A stretch of 59,931 nucleotides of DNA, filler included. It is 5 parts of 5 records of this genome, joined end to end, with 100 filler letters (N's around TTAATTAATTAA, not from the genome) between each part and the next. Parts side by side here need not be neighbours in the genome. Positions count along the whole stretch, not along the records: positions 54,568 to 59,931 come from DRR723986_9945; 4 more parts are not named here. One strand, written 5' to 3'. Shown here piece by piece: positions 57,979-59,931 of the stretch. Position numbers and translations under genes: made by a program. Below the pieces are notes generated by a model. It was given only the letters and a program-made list of their open reading frames with translations, searched no databases and was not told where the DNA came from. Each line of letters opens with the position of its first letter. Position 1 is the first letter of the stretch.

Positions 57979-58691
57979 TTCACCTCCGGGCAGGGCCATT
58001 GCCAGCTGAAGTCCCAGTCTGGCTGGTCCGGTTTCCGATCGACACATGCCCTGAGTATAGATAAAAACTCCGCCCTCGGAATACTGCGCGCGCCCATCGT
58101 CAGCAAGTGGTCGCTCTCTACCTGGCAATCCATGAGCTGGTAACCCCATTCGCCGAGCTGGTGGGCCAGATGCACCATCAGTACTTTGGAGGCGTTGGTT
58201 TCCAGTGAAAACATGGATTCGCCAAAGAAACAGCGGCCGATAGCCAGACCGTACATGCCGCCTGCGAGCTCATTGTTGCGATTCCAGACTTCAATGGAGT
58301 GGGCGATACCACGTTTATGCAGCTCGGTATACGCTGCCATCATGTCGTCAGTAATCCAGGTGCCCTCAGCGCGGGTGTTTGCGCAGAGCCGAATGATGCG
58401 GCCAAAGCATTGATCGGTGGTGATATGGAATCGACGCTGGTTCAGCGTCCGGCGCAGGCTCCGGGAGATGTGGATGTCAGAGGGAAACAGCACGCAACGA
58501 GGGTTCGGTGACCACCAGAGAATGGGCTGGTCGTCACTGAACCAGGGGAAAATGCCATTCCGATAGGCCAGAATCAGGCGTTCCGGAGACAGGTCGCCAC
58601 CCAGGGCAAGCAGTCCATCGGGATCCTCCAGCGCTTCTTCTGCGGGAGGAAACCAGAATTGATCAGGATCCAGCCAGGGTAGCGACGTCAT
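57975..58691 (-). CDS. aat: Leucyl/phenylalanyl-tRNA-protein transferase
   Basis: GLLALGGDL, AYRNGIFPW, WWSPNPR, TWIT, HSIEVW, FFGESMFS, ASK. Confidence 0.95.
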   Translation of the reverse strand: MTSLPWLDPDQFWFPPAEEALEDPDGLLALGGDLSPERLILAYRNGIFPWFSDDQPILWWSPNPRCVLFPSDIHISRSLRRTLNQRRFHITTDQCFGRIIRLCANTRAEGTWITDDMMAAYTELHKRGIAHSIEVWNRNNELAGGMYGLAIGRCFFGESMFSLETNASKVLMVHLAHQLGEWGYQLMDCQVESDHLLTMGARSIPRAEFLSILRACVDRKPDQPDWDFSWQWPCPEVK

Positions 58692-58706
58692 TCTGCTCCT
58701 GAGTAG

Positions 58707-59735
<1,029 letters not shown>

Positions 59736-59817
59736 TCATCTGAAATCTGGCAAAAGGCTAACATGAAATGACCTGACTGCCATTTGTTTACGCCAATGCG
59801 GCTTATAAAACCTTGCT

Positions 59818-59843
59818 ATGTGGTCAGACCCGGATTATTCAAG
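59818..59843 (-). promoter_or_regulatory. Sigma32 (RpoH)-like promoter upstream of trxB
   Basis: CTTGAA-N14-CCACAT on the minus strand, about 160 nt upstream of trxB. Confidence 0.55.
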
Positions 59844-59931
59844 CACCGATACGGTCGTTAACAGCTGGCGCACCCGCTCCCGGGCTTTACCGGATTCTCC
59901 CTGTTCCAGCCGGTGCTCGGCTACGGCGGGG

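Noticed and set aside
57979..58149. Apparent 57-aa N-terminal extension of bpt overlapping aat
   Set aside because: The true start is ATG 57978, with a GGAGG RBS and an ATGA overlap

Overview
This window is not one chromosome segment. It is five unrelated contigs joined by 100-bp artificial spacers (N44-TTAATTAATTAA-N44 at 9111-9210, 29224-29323, 40364-40463, 54468-54567), so gene context is only valid within each contig. Taxon labels are inferred from gene content and order, and all calls come from motif recognition without database searches. Contig 1 (1-9110, Rhodobacteraceae/Roseobacter-like): partial ketosynthase, a specialised ACP, lpxD, a divergent L,D-transpeptidase/YcbK pair with a CtrA box, nnrS with an FNR-type box, and a TetR-controlled FMO-BASS-SDR operon. 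Contig 2 (9211-29223, Halieaceae/OM60-like gammaproteobacterium): ccoGHIS, ompW with a class II FNR/ANR promoter, rarD, GST, sthA-P450, an HsaA/HsaD/HsaE-like ring-degradation trio, an AruI-like decarboxylase and partial trhO. Contig 3 (29324-40363, Rhodobacteraceae-like): 5' end of a probable tRNA-Ser, nrnC-kdsD-lptCAB, hpf-ptsN, and a convergent galU-GT4-GT2-GT14-like-sulfotransferase glycan operon. Contig 4 (40464-54467, Marinobacter-like): retropepsin-like lipoprotein / inactive transglutaminase-7TM / ATP-grasp ligase operon, rmuC, AraC-CaiB, an Ntn-hydrolase acylase lipoprotein and a Pla-1/VolA-type lipase. Contig 5 (54568-59931, Marinobacter-like): clpA, a DUF6091-like protein, infA, bpt, aat and trxB with a sigma32-like promoter. 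I saw no CRISPR array, transposase, integrase, phage gene or rRNA. Nothing here is demonstrably a new system. The best leads are operons of recognisable families whose products are unclear: the sulfated-glycan operon, the ATP-grasp trio, lpxD-ACP-KS and TetR-FMO-BASS-SDR.
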